A stretch of DNA of 64,000 nucleotides from Arcicella sp. (GTDB taxonomy: Bacteria; Bacteroidota; Bacteroidia; Cytophagales; Spirosomataceae), in assembly GCA_025454855.1 (NCBI GenBank), contig JALONS010000001.1:13306-77305 (forward strand), given 5' to 3'. The notes below the pieces were generated by a model. That model made no database searches, was not told the DNA's origin, and saw nothing but the letters and a program-made list of their open reading frames with translations. Shown here in pieces: positions 8,825-19,067 of the stretch. Made by a program: the position numbers and the translations under genes. How positions within the stretch are numbered: position 1 is the stretch's first letter; each line of letters starts with the position of its first letter.

Positions 8825-8906
8825 GCGGGCGTGGTGGAATTGGTAGACATACCAGACTTAGGATCTGGCGCCGTGAGGCATGGGGGTTCGAGTCCCTCCG
8901 CCCGTA
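8825..8906 (+). tRNA. tRNA-Leu (TAG)
   Basis: GCGGGCG/CGCCCGT acceptor, CCAGA-CTTAGGA-TCTGG anticodon arm, long variable arm, GGTTCGAGTCC. Confidence 0.96.
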
Positions 8907-8914
8907 CTTAATTC

Positions 8915-8952
8915 AAAGCCCTCTCAACCGAAACGGTTTTGAGGGCTTTTTT
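8915..8952 (+). terminator. Intrinsic terminator after tRNA-Leu
   Basis: AAAGCCCTC...GAGGGCTTTTTT. Confidence 0.75.
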
Positions 8953-9097
8953 GATTTTAGATTGTAGATTTCGGAATGCGGATTTACGAAATTTCAATCT
9001 GAAATAAATTTCAATAGTTGTATAAAATTGATGACAAACATTGATTTTACGGAAAAATAAAATCCGAAATCCGCAATCGACAATCCGAAATCAAAAA
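8953..9097. repeat. Inverted heptamer-repeat cassette (TTTCGGA/AATCCGA type)
   Basis: TTTTAGA TTGTAGA TTTCGGA ATGCGGA TTTACGA ... AATCCGA AATCCGC AATCGAC AATCCGA AATCAAA. Confidence 0.75.
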
Positions 9098-9098
9098 G

Positions 9099-10427
9099 AT
9101 GAACATTTCTCTCGAAAAAAGTACCCCTGTAAATGCCCGTTTGGTCGTTTCCATTGCAGAAGCAGATTATAAACCCCAAGTTGATAAAACCCTCAAAGAT
9201 TATCGTAAGCGTGCCAATATCAAGGGATTCCGTCCTGGAATGGTACCTGCTCAATTAATCCAAAAAATGTATGGTAAATCTGTATTGATTGATGAAATTA
9301 ATCAGATGTTGGGCAAATCAGTACAAGAGTATATCCGTGAAAATAATCTTAATTTAGTTGGCGAACCCATGCCAGCCCGTGAAGAGCAAGACCGTATTGA
9401 TTGGGACAATCAAAAAGATTTTGATTTTGCCTATGAGATTGGTTTAGCAGGAGAATTTACAGTGGATTTTGATAAAATTCCAGCGGTGAAATCTTACGAA
9501 ATTCAGGCTACGGAAAAAGAAGTAGAAGAAACCATTGAAAATTTAAAGAAAAATGGAGGTGAGCAAATTCACCCCGATTCAGTGGAAGAAGGTGATATGA
9601 TTTTTGGTACTTTCACACAGGGAGAGTGGTCTGAGAAATCAGCCATACCGATGAAAGCTATTAAAGATGAAGCAAAAGCTATATTCATTGGGGCTACAAA
9701 AGATGCCACTCTAACGTTTGATTTACAAGCTACATTCGTTGATGAAAAATCAATTGAGTTAGCAACTGGAAACAAAACAGGATTAACAGGTGAAGTTAGT
9801 TTTGTGATTGAGGATATTACTCGTCAAGTACCCGCCGAAATGAACCAAGCCTTTTTTGATAAAATTTTAGGAGAGGGTAAAGTTGATTCAGAAGAAGCGT
9901 TCCGTGCAGAAATTTTTGAAATTATCAAATCTAATTATAAGCGTGAAGCTGAATATTTATTAAAAATTGATTCAGAAAAAGCCTTGTTAGAGAATATTTC
10001 AATTGAATTACCCGAAGAGTTCTTGAAAAAATGGTTAATTGAAATCAACGAAGGGAAATTCACACCAGAGCAAATTGAGGATGATTTTGAGAATGTGAAA
10101 AAAGATATTCGTTGGAACTTAATCAAAAATGAAATTGCCAACAAAAACGAAATCAAAGTTGAATATCCAGAGGTATTAGAAAGAACAAAAGAGATGATTC
10201 GTGGGCAGTTTGGTATTATGGGCGGAGCTGATGATAGCATGAACGAAATGATTGACCGCATTGCTCAAGGATATTTAACGGACAAAAATAAGCAAGATAA
10301 TTTCATGAAGATGTTCAATGAAGTGTATGCTGCCAAAATATCAGATGTAATTGTAGCCAATATGAAAATAGAATCAAAGACAATTGATGTTGAAGAATTT
10401 AAGCAAATTGCGGATTCTTTGGTATAG
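9099..10427 (+). CDS. tig: Trigger factor
   Basis: GFRPGMVP ribosome-binding signature; follows tRNA-Leu. Confidence 0.95.
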   Translation: MNISLEKSTPVNARLVVSIAEADYKPQVDKTLKDYRKRANIKGFRPGMVPAQLIQKMYGKSVLIDEINQMLGKSVQEYIRENNLNLVGEPMPAREEQDRIDWDNQKDFDFAYEIGLAGEFTVDFDKIPAVKSYEIQATEKEVEETIENLKKNGGEQIHPDSVEEGDMIFGTFTQGEWSEKSAIPMKAIKDEAKAIFIGATKDATLTFDLQATFVDEKSIELATGNKTGLTGEVSFVIEDITRQVPAEMNQAFFDKILGEGKVDSEEAFRAEIFEIIKSNYKREAEYLLKIDSEKALLENISIELPEEFLKKWLIEINEGKFTPEQIEDDFENVKKDIRWNLIKNEIANKNEIKVEYPEVLERTKEMIRGQFGIMGGADDSMNEMIDRIAQGYLTDKNKQDNFMKMFNEVYAAKISDVIVANMKIESKTIDVEEFKQIADSLV

Positions 10428-10458
10428 TCTTACAAAGTAAAAAATTCTTAGAGTATAG

Positions 10459-10493
10459 AAAAAGCCCTTCAAAATTAATTTTGGAGGGCTTTT
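10459..10493 (+). terminator. Terminator after tig
   Basis: AAAAGCCCTTCAAAA-tta-ATTTTGGAGGGCTTTT. Confidence 0.75.
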
Positions 10494-10691
10494 ATCATAT
10501 TAAGTGATTTGATACTGGTTTTCGCTAAAACTTTATACCAATTTTAAAAATTTGCGTATTTTACGGAAGTAGCTATTTTGAACGACGACTTCCGTTGAGA
10601 CTCAGAAACGCAATATACCTTTAAAATCAGTATTAAATATCAATTTTTACAGTTCTTTATACCTTACTAAATGAACTTTGAACCCTTTTTT

Positions 10692-13556
10692 CTATCGTGC
10701 CAGTTCAACCCAACCTTTCAAACTGAGCGTTGGACTATTAGGGTCTAAAGTTCGGAATTTAACTTCACAAGTATAAAAATATGAACCCGAAGGTAATTGA
10801 TTGCCTGTTAAGTCGTTACCATTCCATTCTAATTTAGGTCCAGTATATTCAAACACTTTTTGCCCAGCTCTATTATAAGCCATAAAAGTTACAGACTGCA
10901 CAAATCTTGGGCATTTCATGGCTTGGAAAATATCATTTTTACCATCACCATTCGGGGTAAAGATGTTTGGTAATTCAAAACTGGTACAATTATCCTTACA
11001 TACTACGTTGCTTCGGGGACTTTCCACACCAAAACGATTCGTTGCCGTTACATAATAGCATCCCAGATAAGAATCCGTTTTGGTATGAGTGAATGTTTGA
11101 GCTGGCGGACGTGGGGAGGTTACTTCACCAATTTTTGTAAAATCAGCATCTGGTCTGGGTGCGTAATAAATAGTGTATTTTACAATATCCTTATCGCACT
11201 CTGCACCCGATGCAGACTTATCAGGGTTTGTCCAAGTAAGTTTATTATTAAAAGATGTTAGGTTACAATTAGACTCATCTTTGTTATAAACATTACAGTC
11301 TAAAACATCAATCAATAAGTTAGGCGGACAAGGAATAATATCGCTCTTGGGCGTTGCACAAGTAATTTGCGAGAAATTATAAAGCAAGGCAGGGCGAATT
11401 TTGGGGTCTCCGTAAGTACCAACAGTTTCTACTTTATAGCAATAAGAAGAATCTGGGGACATTCTTACCGTTGCTGTGCCATCAGCAGTGTAGGTATCTG
11501 TCCCGGTATCAGTAAATCTGAAAGTACCCGTATTCGTAACTGGAACGTCAGCGATACGATTAAACACACCTGAACCAGCTCGTGTTTCACGATATACCCG
11601 ATGTACCTGATTTTGATTGTTCCAAGGTACAGTGGCTTGCCAAGCTAAATTAACAGTTCTGACATCTCCTGTCGCTGACAATCGCACACTACTGGCATTT
11701 TCTGTCGTATCCAAAGGGGTAAGTCCACCATTGGCAGTATAATAAAATACCAAGCGGTAACGATAGGCATTATCAGTAGTGTTAAGAGCTTTGTCTGTAA
11801 AGAGTGTGTCTAATCTTCCAGCGGTTAAGTCAGTATCAATGTTAGGAGACACTTGTGCAAAACCTGTGCTACCTGTTTCTCCTGTGGCTCTGAACAATCG
11901 GTATTGGTAAGGTCCTCTGAACTGTATTCTATCTAAACTCACTGGACGAGTCCAACGCACGGTGATTTCTCCCGTAGTTGTGTTGGTTCTATCTACGGTT
12001 ACATTAGTAATAACTGAACCCTGAAAAGGCAAATTAGCACAGGCTTGGTCAGAAACTACACTCATGGTAGAATTCGTTCCATTCGTAAATTGTACCAACG
12101 TTCGGTAACTGTAATCGGTATTTCGTTTGAGGTTACGGTCGGTGAAAGTGGTAGCGTTTACGGGTACACGAGCCACTTCTACGTAGCCTTCCGAAGCAGG
12201 CAGACCCACGGTACAAACCGCAGGTTTGTAGGTAGAACAGCCCTCTTTACGATAAATGATAATGACTGCACCCGCATTTTGGCAAGCGTAGCTATCCCAA
12301 CGCAGCGTCATTGTTCTGTTTCCCGCATCAGGAGTTAAGGTTAGATTTTTGATTCTTGGAGCAATTACTTTTATTCGCCAGTTTTTACTGTCCACCAAGC
12401 TCGGAACAGTACGAGATGCAGGAGCATCCAATACTTTAAACAAAATATCGTAGGGTTCTTGCCTGACGTGATTGCAATTAGTTCGCCATAGAAATCTACC
12501 CGAAGCGGGAGAAACCTGATTATTTTCAGCCGTGAAAACGGCATAATCAGCAGGGATAAATGTTGTACCATCGGGTAAGCGGTAAACAGCTCCCGTTGAT
12601 TGTAAGTTGAGATTATCCAACCTCCCAGTTTTTGAAGGTGTATCCGTTGCAGTAATAACTTGGTCAATGACCGTACCTGCTTCTACACAAATATCTTCGG
12701 GTACTTTGATTTTTGGAGCGGCATTATCCGCAGCCTTTACTTCTATTTGCATATCTCTAACGGTGATAGAAATCCGAGTTCCGTTTCGCCACTCTTCTAC
12801 AATGAAAGCACAATTGTATAATCCTTCTTCTTGAGGAACATCCCAAACTAAATCACCCGTTCGAGCATCTATCGTGAAATTACTTGCCACTGATGACACC
12901 TCATTAGGTTGTACGAAGCCCCTAATAGTTTGTCCTCTATCTCGGCAATTATCTTGTTCACCTTGGCGACAAACCGTGAGAGAATACGCTAAACTATCAC
13001 CTTCAATATCAATAGCGTTGGCATTATGAATAAATCTCTGACCAACTACTGCCGTTAAATCTACTGCTGGGTTGAGTAGAATTGGGGTAGAGTTAAGTCC
13101 GAGTCCGGGATTAACTTGTAGGAGTGTTTCTACATAGAAAGAAAGAGCATCCGAAGGTTGGGATAAATTTCTTACGTTGGCATTTCGGTTGGGAATAGCT
13201 ACGGTAATTCTGTAGGAAGACGGAGCGGCAAAAGTATAAATTGCTTTGTAAACCCCTTTTGCTACTCCGTCGCCCAAATTTTCTCCCATTCCACCTGGTC
13301 CATTGCTTCTCGGAGCTTTAATAATTACTCCTAAGCCATCACCGAAGCAAAAGTTTACTTCTTTTTGCTCAATCCAAGCCCTTTGCCCAGTAATAAGGTC
13401 ACAGTAGATAGTAAGCGTAAATTCATACGTCAGGGCAGTCGTAGATATTCTTTTAATTGATATTTCTCCCCCTCTAAGGTGTGTAGCAAAAGAGTTATTA
13501 GTACACAGCGAGAACCATGCACCTAAAGTAAGGATAATCAGTAGTTTTAATTTCAT
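10692..13556 (-). CDS. Secreted protein with FN3-like repeats and gliding-motility-associated (T9SS type B/CHU_C) C-terminal domain
   Basis: Signal peptide, ATHLRGGEI N-terminus, LPNIFTPNGDGKNDIF...YNRAGQKVF...KGWVEL. Confidence 0.85.
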   Translation of the reverse strand: MKLKLLIILTLGAWFSLCTNNSFATHLRGGEISIKRISTTALTYEFTLTIYCDLITGQRAWIEQKEVNFCFGDGLGVIIKAPRSNGPGGMGENLGDGVAKGVYKAIYTFAAPSSYRITVAIPNRNANVRNLSQPSDALSFYVETLLQVNPGLGLNSTPILLNPAVDLTAVVGQRFIHNANAIDIEGDSLAYSLTVCRQGEQDNCRDRGQTIRGFVQPNEVSSVASNFTIDARTGDLVWDVPQEEGLYNCAFIVEEWRNGTRISITVRDMQIEVKAADNAAPKIKVPEDICVEAGTVIDQVITATDTPSKTGRLDNLNLQSTGAVYRLPDGTTFIPADYAVFTAENNQVSPASGRFLWRTNCNHVRQEPYDILFKVLDAPASRTVPSLVDSKNWRIKVIAPRIKNLTLTPDAGNRTMTLRWDSYACQNAGAVIIIYRKEGCSTYKPAVCTVGLPASEGYVEVARVPVNATTFTDRNLKRNTDYSYRTLVQFTNGTNSTMSVVSDQACANLPFQGSVITNVTVDRTNTTTGEITVRWTRPVSLDRIQFRGPYQYRLFRATGETGSTGFAQVSPNIDTDLTAGRLDTLFTDKALNTTDNAYRYRLVFYYTANGGLTPLDTTENASSVRLSATGDVRTVNLAWQATVPWNNQNQVHRVYRETRAGSGVFNRIADVPVTNTGTFRFTDTGTDTYTADGTATVRMSPDSSYCYKVETVGTYGDPKIRPALLYNFSQITCATPKSDIIPCPPNLLIDVLDCNVYNKDESNCNLTSFNNKLTWTNPDKSASGAECDKDIVKYTIYYAPRPDADFTKIGEVTSPRPPAQTFTHTKTDSYLGCYYVTATNRFGVESPRSNVVCKDNCTSFELPNIFTPNGDGKNDIFQAMKCPRFVQSVTFMAYNRAGQKVFEYTGPKLEWNGNDLTGNQLPSGSYFYTCEVKFRTLDPNSPTLSLKGWVELAR

Positions 13557-13799
13557 TTGATTTTAAATAAATAGTCAGGCTTCAGCCTACAAGTTAATAA
13601 CAATATTTTTTTTTCAAACTAACAAAACAAATTTTTAAAACACACGGTTAAAAAATTACGATTAATAGCTTTACAGAGATATAACAAAAAATTACTTCCA
13701 ATTCTTATTTTATTGTAAAAAAACGTAAAAAGATTATAAATAATTGCTAAAAAGTTATAGATAATTTGAAAGACAAAGGATTGGATAGTAGTTTTGGGG

Positions 13800-13988
13800 T
13801 TAGTTAATGGTCATTTGTTATTAGTTAATGATTGTCAGTTAATTAGTTATTGGTTGTCGATTGATGATATTTAATATTTTTGAATTTCAGATAATGTTAA
13901 TTATGTAAAGCAATTGAAAACTAAGGACTAATAGCCGATGATTAATAACTAATAACCAGTAACCAACAACTAATAACAAATAACTAAA
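13800..13988. repeat. Inverted heptamer-repeat cassette (TTAGTTA/TAACTAA type) upstream of sdhC
   Basis: TTAGTTA ATGGTCA TTTGTTA TTAGTTA ... AACTAAT AACCAGT AACCAAC AACTAAT AACAAAT AACTAAA. Confidence 0.75.
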
Positions 13989-13994
13989 ATAAAT

Positions 13995-14666
13995 ATGTCT
14001 TGGGTAACTAAAACACTAACAAGTTCACTGGGTCGAAAACTCATTATGGCTGTTTCGGGGCTTTCGTTAATAGCCTTTCTTTTGGTGCATTGCGGAATTA
14101 ATGCTTGTATTTTCTTTAATGATGGTGGTCATACCTTTAATGAAGCTGCTGAATTTATGGGAACAAACTGGTTGATTCGCACGGCAGAAATAGGTCTTTT
14201 TGCAGGCTTGATTATTCACATTATTGATGGTTTATTACTGTGGAAATCAAATGCAGAGAAACGCCCAGTAAAATATGCCATCGTGAAAGGCGAAGCCAAT
14301 TCAACATGGTATTCACGCTCAATGGGGCTTTTGGGAACGCTTCTATTAATCTTTTTGGTAGTTCACCTAAAACACTTTTGGGTAGTAAGCCGCTTTACAG
14401 ATGTGATTACGGGCGGACAAAAAACACTTTTTCAAGAAATGGTAGACGTGTTTGCCAATCCTGTTCCAGTAGTATTGTATGTTTTAGGCTGCATTTCATT
14501 AGCGTATCACTTGTTGCATGGTTTTCAGAGTGCATTCCAAACTATGGGTTGGAATCACCCTAAATACACACCTTTTGTGAAGTCATTGGGAGCTGGCTTT
14601 TCTATCTTGATTCCCCTGTTGTTTGCCGCCATGCCAATTGCTATGCACTTCGGATGGATAAAGTAA
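13995..14666 (+). CDS. sdhC: Succinate dehydrogenase/fumarate reductase cytochrome b subunit
   Basis: SSLGRKLIMAVSG, heme-ligand His residues, HLLHGFQSAFQTMG. Confidence 0.93.
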   Translation: MSWVTKTLTSSLGRKLIMAVSGLSLIAFLLVHCGINACIFFNDGGHTFNEAAEFMGTNWLIRTAEIGLFAGLIIHIIDGLLLWKSNAEKRPVKYAIVKGEANSTWYSRSMGLLGTLLLIFLVVHLKHFWVVSRFTDVITGGQKTLFQEMVDVFANPVPVVLYVLGCISLAYHLLHGFQSAFQTMGWNHPKYTPFVKSLGAGFSILIPLLFAAMPIAMHFGWIK

Positions 14667-14668
14667 TA

Positions 14669-14830
14669 TTTGTGAGTTGTGATTTAATGAATGATGATTT
14701 TCAATAAATCAATCTTACGAATTTGTCTGAATTTTAATAATTGTACTTAATTATATTGTAGTGAATAATGATTGTATTTTTTGATTTACCAATCACTAAC
14801 TCACAACTCACAATTCACTCATTTACTTCA
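14669..14830. repeat. Inverted heptamer-repeat cassette between sdhC and sdhA
   Basis: TTGTGAG TTGTGAT TTAATGA ... AATCACT AACTCAC AACTCAC AATTCAC. Confidence 0.65.
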
Positions 14831-14843
14831 TAATTAAAAAATT

Positions 14844-16826
14844 ATGTCAAATAAATTAGATGCTAAAATTCCTGATGGAGCAATTGGTGAAAAATGGACA
14901 AGGTTCAAATCATCAGTACCATTGGTAAACCCCGCCAATAAGCGGAATATTGAAGTTATCGTGGTAGGAACTGGCTTGGCTGGTGCCTCAGCGGCAGCTT
15001 CTCTGGCAGAGTTAGGATACAAAGTGAAAGCATTTTGTTTCCAAGATTCACCACGCAGAGCCCACTCTATTGCGGCTCAAGGTGGTATCAATGCTGCCAA
15101 GAACTACCAAAATGATGGTGACTCGGTTTACCGTCTATTTTATGATACTATCAAAGGGGGTGATTACCGTGCAAGAGAGGCTAACGTTCACCGCTTGGCA
15201 GAGGTTTCTGGTAACATTATCGACCAATGCGTGGCACAGGGTGTTCCGTTTGCTCGTGAATACGGCGGGTTATTATCTAACCGCTCTTTTGGGGGTACAC
15301 AAGTACAACGTACATTTTATGCCGCTGGACAAACGGGTCAGCAGTTACTATTAGGAGCATACTCTGCCTTACAGCGTCAAGTAGGTTTGGGAAATGTAAC
15401 GATGATGACTCGTCACGAAATGATGGATGTGGTAATGATTGACGGTAAAGCTCGTGGTATTATCGCTCGTGACTTAATCTCTGGAAAATTAGAAAGACAC
15501 TTCGGACACGCTGTATTGTTATGTACAGGTGGATACGGAAACGTATTTTATCTTTCAACCAATGCAATGGGGTCTAACGTAACAGCGGCTTGGAAAGCTC
15601 ACCGCAAAGGAGCGTTTTTTGCTAACCCTTGTTACACACAAATTCACCCTACTTGTATCCCAGTATCAGGCGACCACCAATCTAAATTAACTTTGATGTC
15701 AGAATCATTGCGTAATGATGGTCGTATTTGGGTTCCTAAAAAGCAAAATGACGGTCGTCCTGCTAACCAAATTCCAGAAGATGAGCGTGATTACTATTTA
15801 GAGCGTCGTTATCCTGCTTTTGGTAACTTAGTTCCCCGTGATATTGCCTCACGTGCTGCCAAAGAGCGTTGTGATGCAGGTTACGGAGTAGGTGCTTCTA
15901 AACTGGCAGTTTACTTAGATTATGCCGATGCTATCATGCGTTATGGTAAGATAGAAGCCAACAAAAAAGGCTTGCATGATGCTTCTACGCAAGATTTACA
16001 AGCAATGGGTAAAGAAGTTGTGAAGGAGAAATACGGTAACTTGTTTGATATGTACAAACAAATCACTGGTGAAGACCCTTATTCAATGCCAATGCGTATC
16101 TATCCTGCGGTTCACTACACAATGGGTGGGCTTTGGGTTGATTATAATTTAATGACCACAGTACCTGGGCTTTACGCTTTGGGAGAAGCTAACTTCTCTG
16201 ACCACGGTGCAAACCGTTTGGGTGCTTCGGCATTGATGCAAGGATTAGCAGACGGTTATTTTGTGCTTCCTTATACTATTGGGGCGTACTTAGCAGGTGA
16301 TATTCGTACTAAAGCTATTCCAACGGATGCACCAGAATTTGTAGCGGCTGAAAAAGAGGTTCAAGACCGTATCAATCAGTTAATGAATATCAAAGGCACA
16401 AAATCTGTTGATTATTTCCATAAGAGATTAGGAAAAATCATGTGGGATAAGTGCGGGATGGCTCGTAATGAGAAAGGATTAAAAGAGGCTATTGCCGAGA
16501 TTCAAGCTCTGCAAAAAGAGTTCTGGTCAGACGTAAGAATTCCAGGTGATGCCGACGAATTTAACCCAGAGTTAGAAAAAGCAGGTCGGGTAGCAGACTT
16601 CTTAGAATTAGGAGAATTAATGTGTGTTGATGCCCTAAATAGAAATGAATCATGCGGAGGACACTTCCGTGAGGAATATCAAACCGAAGAAGGCGAAGCT
16701 AAACGGGATGATGAAAATTACGCTTACGTGGCCGCTTGGGAATTTAAAGGTCAATCAACCTTTGAATTACACAAAGAGGAATTGATATACGAGAACATCA
16801 AAATTGCTCAACGTTCTTATAAGTAA
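14844..16826 (+). CDS. sdhA: Succinate dehydrogenase/fumarate reductase flavoprotein subunit
   Basis: [34 protein letters not shown]. Confidence 0.96.
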   Translation: MSNKLDAKIPDGAIGEKWTRFKSSVPLVNPANKRNIEVIVVGTGLAGASAAASLAELGYKVKAFCFQDSPRRAHSIAAQGGINAAKNYQNDGDSVYRLFYDTIKGGDYRAREANVHRLAEVSGNIIDQCVAQGVPFAREYGGLLSNRSFGGTQVQRTFYAAGQTGQQLLLGAYSALQRQVGLGNVTMMTRHEMMDVVMIDGKARGIIARDLISGKLERHFGHAVLLCTGGYGNVFYLSTNAMGSNVTAAWKAHRKGAFFANPCYTQIHPTCIPVSGDHQSKLTLMSESLRNDGRIWVPKKQNDGRPANQIPEDERDYYLERRYPAFGNLVPRDIASRAAKERCDAGYGVGASKLAVYLDYADAIMRYGKIEANKKGLHDASTQDLQAMGKEVVKEKYGNLFDMYKQITGEDPYSMPMRIYPAVHYTMGGLWVDYNLMTTVPGLYALGEANFSDHGANRLGASALMQGLADGYFVLPYTIGAYLAGDIRTKAIPTDAPEFVAAEKEVQDRINQLMNIKGTKSVDYFHKRLGKIMWDKCGMARNEKGLKEAIAEIQALQKEFWSDVRIPGDADEFNPELEKAGRVADFLELGELMCVDALNRNESCGGHFREEYQTEEGEAKRDDENYAYVAAWEFKGQSTFELHKEELIYENIKIAQRSYK

Positions 16827-16936
16827 TTAGTAAATGGTGATTGGAGATTAGTTTTGGAGCTATTAAATTTAAAGGTTATTGATTAACTTCAAACCGTGAT
16901 TTATATCCATTACTCAATTCACTAACCAGTCACTAA
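16827..16936. repeat. Inverted heptamer cassette upstream of the four-helix-bundle gene
   Basis: TTAGTAA ATGGTGA TTGGAGA TTAGT ... ATTACTC AATTCAC TAACCAG TCACTAA. Confidence 0.6.
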
Positions 16937-16938
16937 AA

Positions 16939-17317
16939 GTGGAAAAAGTAAAGATAAATTCTTTTAAAGATTTAAGAACTTGGCAAAAGGCAACATCTTT
17001 TATTGATGAAATTTATTCTTTAACAAAACTTTTCCTGTAAAAGAGCAATTTGATTTGACCTCACAGCTTAATCGAGCTGCCGTATCAATTGCCTGTAATA
17101 TTGCAGAGGGATGGGGTAGAGAGAGCAAAAATCATTTGCCCAATTTCTCAGAATATCAAAAGGTTCTTTATTTGAAGTTGATACACTGTTAATGATTGCT
17201 GTTAATCAAAACTATTTGGATAATAATGGTCATAAAGAACTATTAGTTCAAATTGATGAAATTGGTAAAATGCTTAACAGTTTTATCTTTAGTATCGAAA
17301 GAAAATTTGATGAGTGA
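16939..17317 (+). pseudogene. Four-helix-bundle protein (23S rRNA IVS-like/Avd-like family) with two frameshifts
   Basis: Absent from the ORF track. Joined by hand: MEKVKINSFKDLRTWQKATSFIDEIYSLTK/TFPVKEQFDLTSQLNRAAVSIACNIAEGWGRESK/SFAQFLRISKGSLFEVDTLLMIA...KMLNSFI; each shift lies at an A-run (~17025, ~17127). Confidence 0.85.
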
Positions 17318-17368
17318 TGTTTGAGTGGGTAACTATACCAATCACTAATCACTAATTACCAATCACAA
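17311..17368. repeat. Inverted heptamer cassette downstream of the four-helix-bundle gene
   Basis: TGAGTGA..TGAGTGG ... AATCACT AATCACT AATTACC AATCACA. Confidence 0.65.
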
Positions 17369-17373
17369 GAAAA

Positions 17374-18132
17374 ATGGAAGGAAATATGAATTTGACGCTC
17401 AAGGTGTGGCGTCAGAAAAATGCTAATAGTGAAGGACGTTTTCAAGATTATCAAGTAGCTGGTATCTCTGAAGATATGTCTTTCTTAGAGATGTTCGATG
17501 TATTGAACGAACGTCTCATTAACGAAGGTGAGTCTCCCGTTGCCTTCGACCACGACTGCCGTGAGGGTATCTGTGGTATGTGTTCTATGTATATCAACGG
17601 TGAACCTCATGGACCTAACAAAGGTGTAACTACTTGTCAGCTACACATGAGGTCATTCAAGGATGGTGATACCATTACAGTAGAGCCGTGGAGAGCTAAA
17701 GCCTTCCCTATTGTGAAAGATTTAGCCGTAAACCGTTCCGCTTTTGACCGTATCATTTCGGCAGGTGGTTACGTTTCTGTCAATACTGGTAACGCACAAG
17801 ATGCCAACGCCTTACCAATTCCGAAAGATAATGCAGATGATGCCTTCATGGCAGCGGCTTGTATTGGTTGCGGAGCGTGCGTGGCAGCTTGTAAAAATGC
17901 GTCGGCGATGTTATTTACATCTGCTAAGATTTCTCAATTATCATTGTTGCCACAAGGACAGGCAGAACGTGCGATGCGTGCTGAGAAAATGGTAGCCCAG
18001 ATGGATATTGAAGGTTTCGGAGCGTGTACCAACACTGGAGCTTGTGAAGCCGAATGCCCTAAAGGTATTTCATTAGAAAACATTGCTCGGATGAATCGTG
18101 AATATTACGGAGCGGTATTGAGTTCTAAATAA
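17374..18132 (+). CDS. sdhB: Succinate dehydrogenase/fumarate reductase iron-sulfur subunit
   Basis: [33 protein letters not shown]. Confidence 0.96.
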   Translation: MEGNMNLTLKVWRQKNANSEGRFQDYQVAGISEDMSFLEMFDVLNERLINEGESPVAFDHDCREGICGMCSMYINGEPHGPNKGVTTCQLHMRSFKDGDTITVEPWRAKAFPIVKDLAVNRSAFDRIISAGGYVSVNTGNAQDANALPIPKDNADDAFMAAACIGCGACVAACKNASAMLFTSAKISQLSLLPQGQAERAMRAEKMVAQMDIEGFGACTNTGACEAECPKGISLENIARMNREYYGAVLSSK

Positions 18133-18150
18133 TACTGATTTGAGTAATAG

Positions 18151-18186
18151 AAAAGCCGTTTCAGATTGTCTGAAACGGCTTTTTTT
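18151..18186. terminator. Bidirectional terminator
   Basis: AAAAGCCGTTTCAGA-ttg-TCTGAAACGGCTTTTTT between convergent genes. Confidence 0.85.
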
Positions 18187-18205
18187 AGTTGAATATTTTT
18201 TTGGA

Positions 18206-18766
18206 TTAGACCGTACTTAATAAGCCCAGAATGGTGAAAATCAACCCAATAAAGGCGGCTAAACCACCTACTACTCCTAAACCGAAAATCGCCAGTACAA
18301 TACCGATACCCAAAAGAATAACGCCAATTTTCAAAAACGGACTCCAGTCTTGAAAACCAACAGGTTTAGCACTTTTCGCCATTTTTTTCTGAATTTTCTT
18401 TACAATCATCTTCTGAACAAAATTCATTTTTACTTCTTTAGTCTGATGATTCTGGTGTGCCGTAGCTACTGCTGGATTTGCTAAGGCTTCTTTCACTTGA
18501 ATTTCATACTTAGCTAATTTTTCTGAATTTTCTACTACGAAATTATCCGACGAAGAAGCTGTAAGAGGAACGCTCGTAGAGTGGGGAACTTCCAGTTGTT
18601 CATGTTGAACAACCTTGATGGAGTTGTTGGAATCAGCTTTTTGTGAAACAGCTTTTGCATTGGACTGTTGGGTAACTACGGTGAAATATCCTTTCTGACG
18701 ACTACAAGACTGTGTTACTATCAGAGCGATAATCGCCAGTAGCATTAGTTTAGATGAACGCATCAT
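18206..18766 (-). CDS. Hypothetical lipoprotein with C-terminal TM helices
   Basis: Lipobox-like TQSC; hydrophobic C-terminus. Confidence 0.65.
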   Translation of the reverse strand: MMRSSKLMLLAIIALIVTQSCSRQKGYFTVVTQQSNAKAVSQKADSNNSIKVVQHEQLEVPHSTSVPLTASSSDNFVVENSEKLAKYEIQVKEALANPAVATAHQNHQTKEVKMNFVQKMIVKKIQKKMAKSAKPVGFQDWSPFLKIGVILLGIGIVLAIFGLGVVGGLAAFIGLIFTILGLLSTV

Positions 18767-19067
18767 AAAATTGAATTTTGTGTTTGATTTTTCAACGATA
18801 AAATCAAAGTGAAATTGTGAATCAAAATAGAATTAAGTGATTGAAAATTCTCTTCAAATTATTTCGGAAGTATGTAATTATTAAAAATACCAAAGTTAAC
18901 CGCATACGGGCAATTCCAATGATTAGTATATTGTTTCAATATTAAAAGTTCTGTAATTGATTGATAATTAGTTTTGACAGAATTGTTACTTGCCTAATTG
19001 ATTTAGATTTGCCAAAGAAAATGGATATAAGTACTTGATTATTAAGTGTTTACTTTTGTTTAGTTTG

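Noticed and set aside
10428-10691. clpP/clpX missing after tig; orphan MlaF-like ATPase at 23117
   Set aside because: Operon splitting is common and the partners may lie elsewhere in the genome
13590-13618. A9 tract in a putative promoter spacer as a phase-variation switch
   Set aside because: The promoter match is imperfect and 9-nt A/T runs are common at this AT content
16939-17317. Diversity-generating retroelement (Avd-like protein)
   Set aside because: No reverse transcriptase and no TR/VR pair seen in the window
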